Shown here: positions 62,611-64,000 of the stretch, piece by piece
Layout of the letters: the number at the start of each line of letters is the position of its first letter
Numbering within the stretch: position 1 is the first letter of the stretch
DNA from: Chiloscyllium plagiosum
Taxonomy: Eukaryota
Reading direction: 5' to 3'
Length of the DNA: 64,000 bases
Assembly (NCBI RefSeq): GCF_004010195.1
Contig: NC_057750.1
Location: 11,817,144 to 11,881,143 of the forward strand
Program-made: the position numbers and the translations under genes
The notes under the pieces: model-generated
What the model was told of the DNA's origin: nothing
What the model saw: only the letters and a program-made list of their open reading frames with translations
Database searches by the model: none

Positions 62611-63596
62611 TTTTCCTGTGATGTAAATTAAAGGGCTCCCCATTGTCCTTTACACATGGGTGTGCTGTCGACTTAATTTGATATTGTAATTAAATCAACA
62701 GGGCTTGTAAGTTATATGTGTACCTTCCTTTGCAATCCTGATCAGGGCCAATTCCAAAGTTTATAAGTTTCTGTTGTGATGTATGCAGTTCTAAGGGAGT
62801 TGCCCACTGTTGGGGGTCCTTTCTTTCCAATGAAACCTCTTAGGTTAATGATGTCGACCCCATTCAAAGACAAGTAGAAAAGTTCTCCCCAGTGTCCTAA
62901 CCAATGATTATACATTCAAGTTAACATTACTCATACAAACTGTGCTGATGAAACTTAGCAGATCTGGCAGCCTCTGTGGAGAGCGAAACAGGGTTGATGT
63001 TTCATCAGTTCTGAAGAAGAGTCAGAGTGGACTTAAAAGACAAACTATGTTTCTCTCCTGAGTTTCTCCACATTCTGGTTTTATTTCCAGCATCTGCAGT
63101 AATTTGTTTTAATCATGAATATGGATTGTCTAATCATTCATTTCAATGCAGTTTCTGGGACCTTGCTGTCTGTAAATTGGCTGCAGAATTTCTTAAATTG
63201 CAACAGTGACTACATTTACACCAAAAGTACCTAATTGACTGTAAAGCTGTCTGGGATATCATGTAATCATGAAACTTAATATACAAGTTTTATATGATGC
63301 AGGTAAAGATTTACAATACAATAGAGTCAGAGAGGTGTATAGCACAGAAACAGCCTCTTCAGTCCAACTCATTCATGCTGACCAGATAGCCTAAACTAAT
63401 CAAGTCCCATTTACAATATGCTAGATAGAAGGGTATAACAGGGCCTTCTTCCACACTGTAGGGATTCTATGACAGTAGGAGAAAGTGAGGACTGCAGAAA
63501 TTGGAGATCAGAGCTGAAAAATATGTTGCTGGAAAAGCGCAGCAGGTCAGGCAGCATCCAAGGACAGTACCCGTATACATTTGTAAATAAAAAAAG

Positions 63597-63915
63597 GGGC
63601 AGCACAGAGGATCAGTGGTTAGCACTGCTGCCTCACAGCGCCAAGCACCCGGGTTTGCTGCCACCCTTGGGCAACTGTGTGGAGTTTGCACATTGTTTCC
63701 AGTGCTCCGGTTTTTTCCCACAGTCCAAAGATGTGCAGGTTAGATGGATTGGCTATGCTAAATTGCCCACTGTGTCGAGGGATGTACCGCTAGGTGAATT
63801 AGCAGGGTTACAGGGAAAGGGTAGGGGGTTGGGTCTGAGTGAAATGCTCTTCATATGGTCATTGTGAACTCAATTGGCCGAATTACCTGCTTTCACACTT
63901 TAGAGATTTTATTCT
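63597..63915 (+). mobile_element. V-SINE
   Basis: Head, core and tail. Confidence 0.8.
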
Positions 63916-64000
63916 ATGTATCCTATGAAAATAAATTGTTGCAAGGCAGCCCAAAGTATCATTTTGTTCTTCGAAGTGCCAATAGTTGTTTTTGGCAGCC

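Overview
Eukaryotic (vertebrate) genomic DNA. The HE1/V-SINE, CR1 and Penelope repeat content points to a cartilaginous fish, probably a shark. Three + strand genes are present: the last two coding exons and 3'UTR of HNRNPL (355-606); a complete 10-exon ECH1 (ATG 7594 to TGA 29605, 930 nt, 309 aa, with an Arg-rich N-terminal presequence and C-terminal SKL); and the CpG promoter plus first coding exon (SAP domain) of HNRNPUL1 (ATG 45936), followed by a >17 kb intron. The rest is dense in repeats: V-SINEs, CR1 LINEs, an RT-less but TSD-flanked L1, Penelope-like elements (PLEs), LTR remnants and a Tigger-like MITE. Notable observations: (1) several minimal hammerhead-ribozyme motifs in PLE 3' ends and in short, often palindromic, TSD-flanked non-autonomous elements, some sense to the ECH1 and HNRNPUL1 pre-mRNAs; (2) a nested PLE>CR1>old-LTR structure; (3) three short-range templated copy events; (4) a GC-rich minisatellite directly upstream of the ECH1 ATG with CTCF-like units. 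All calls were made by eye; no searches were run.
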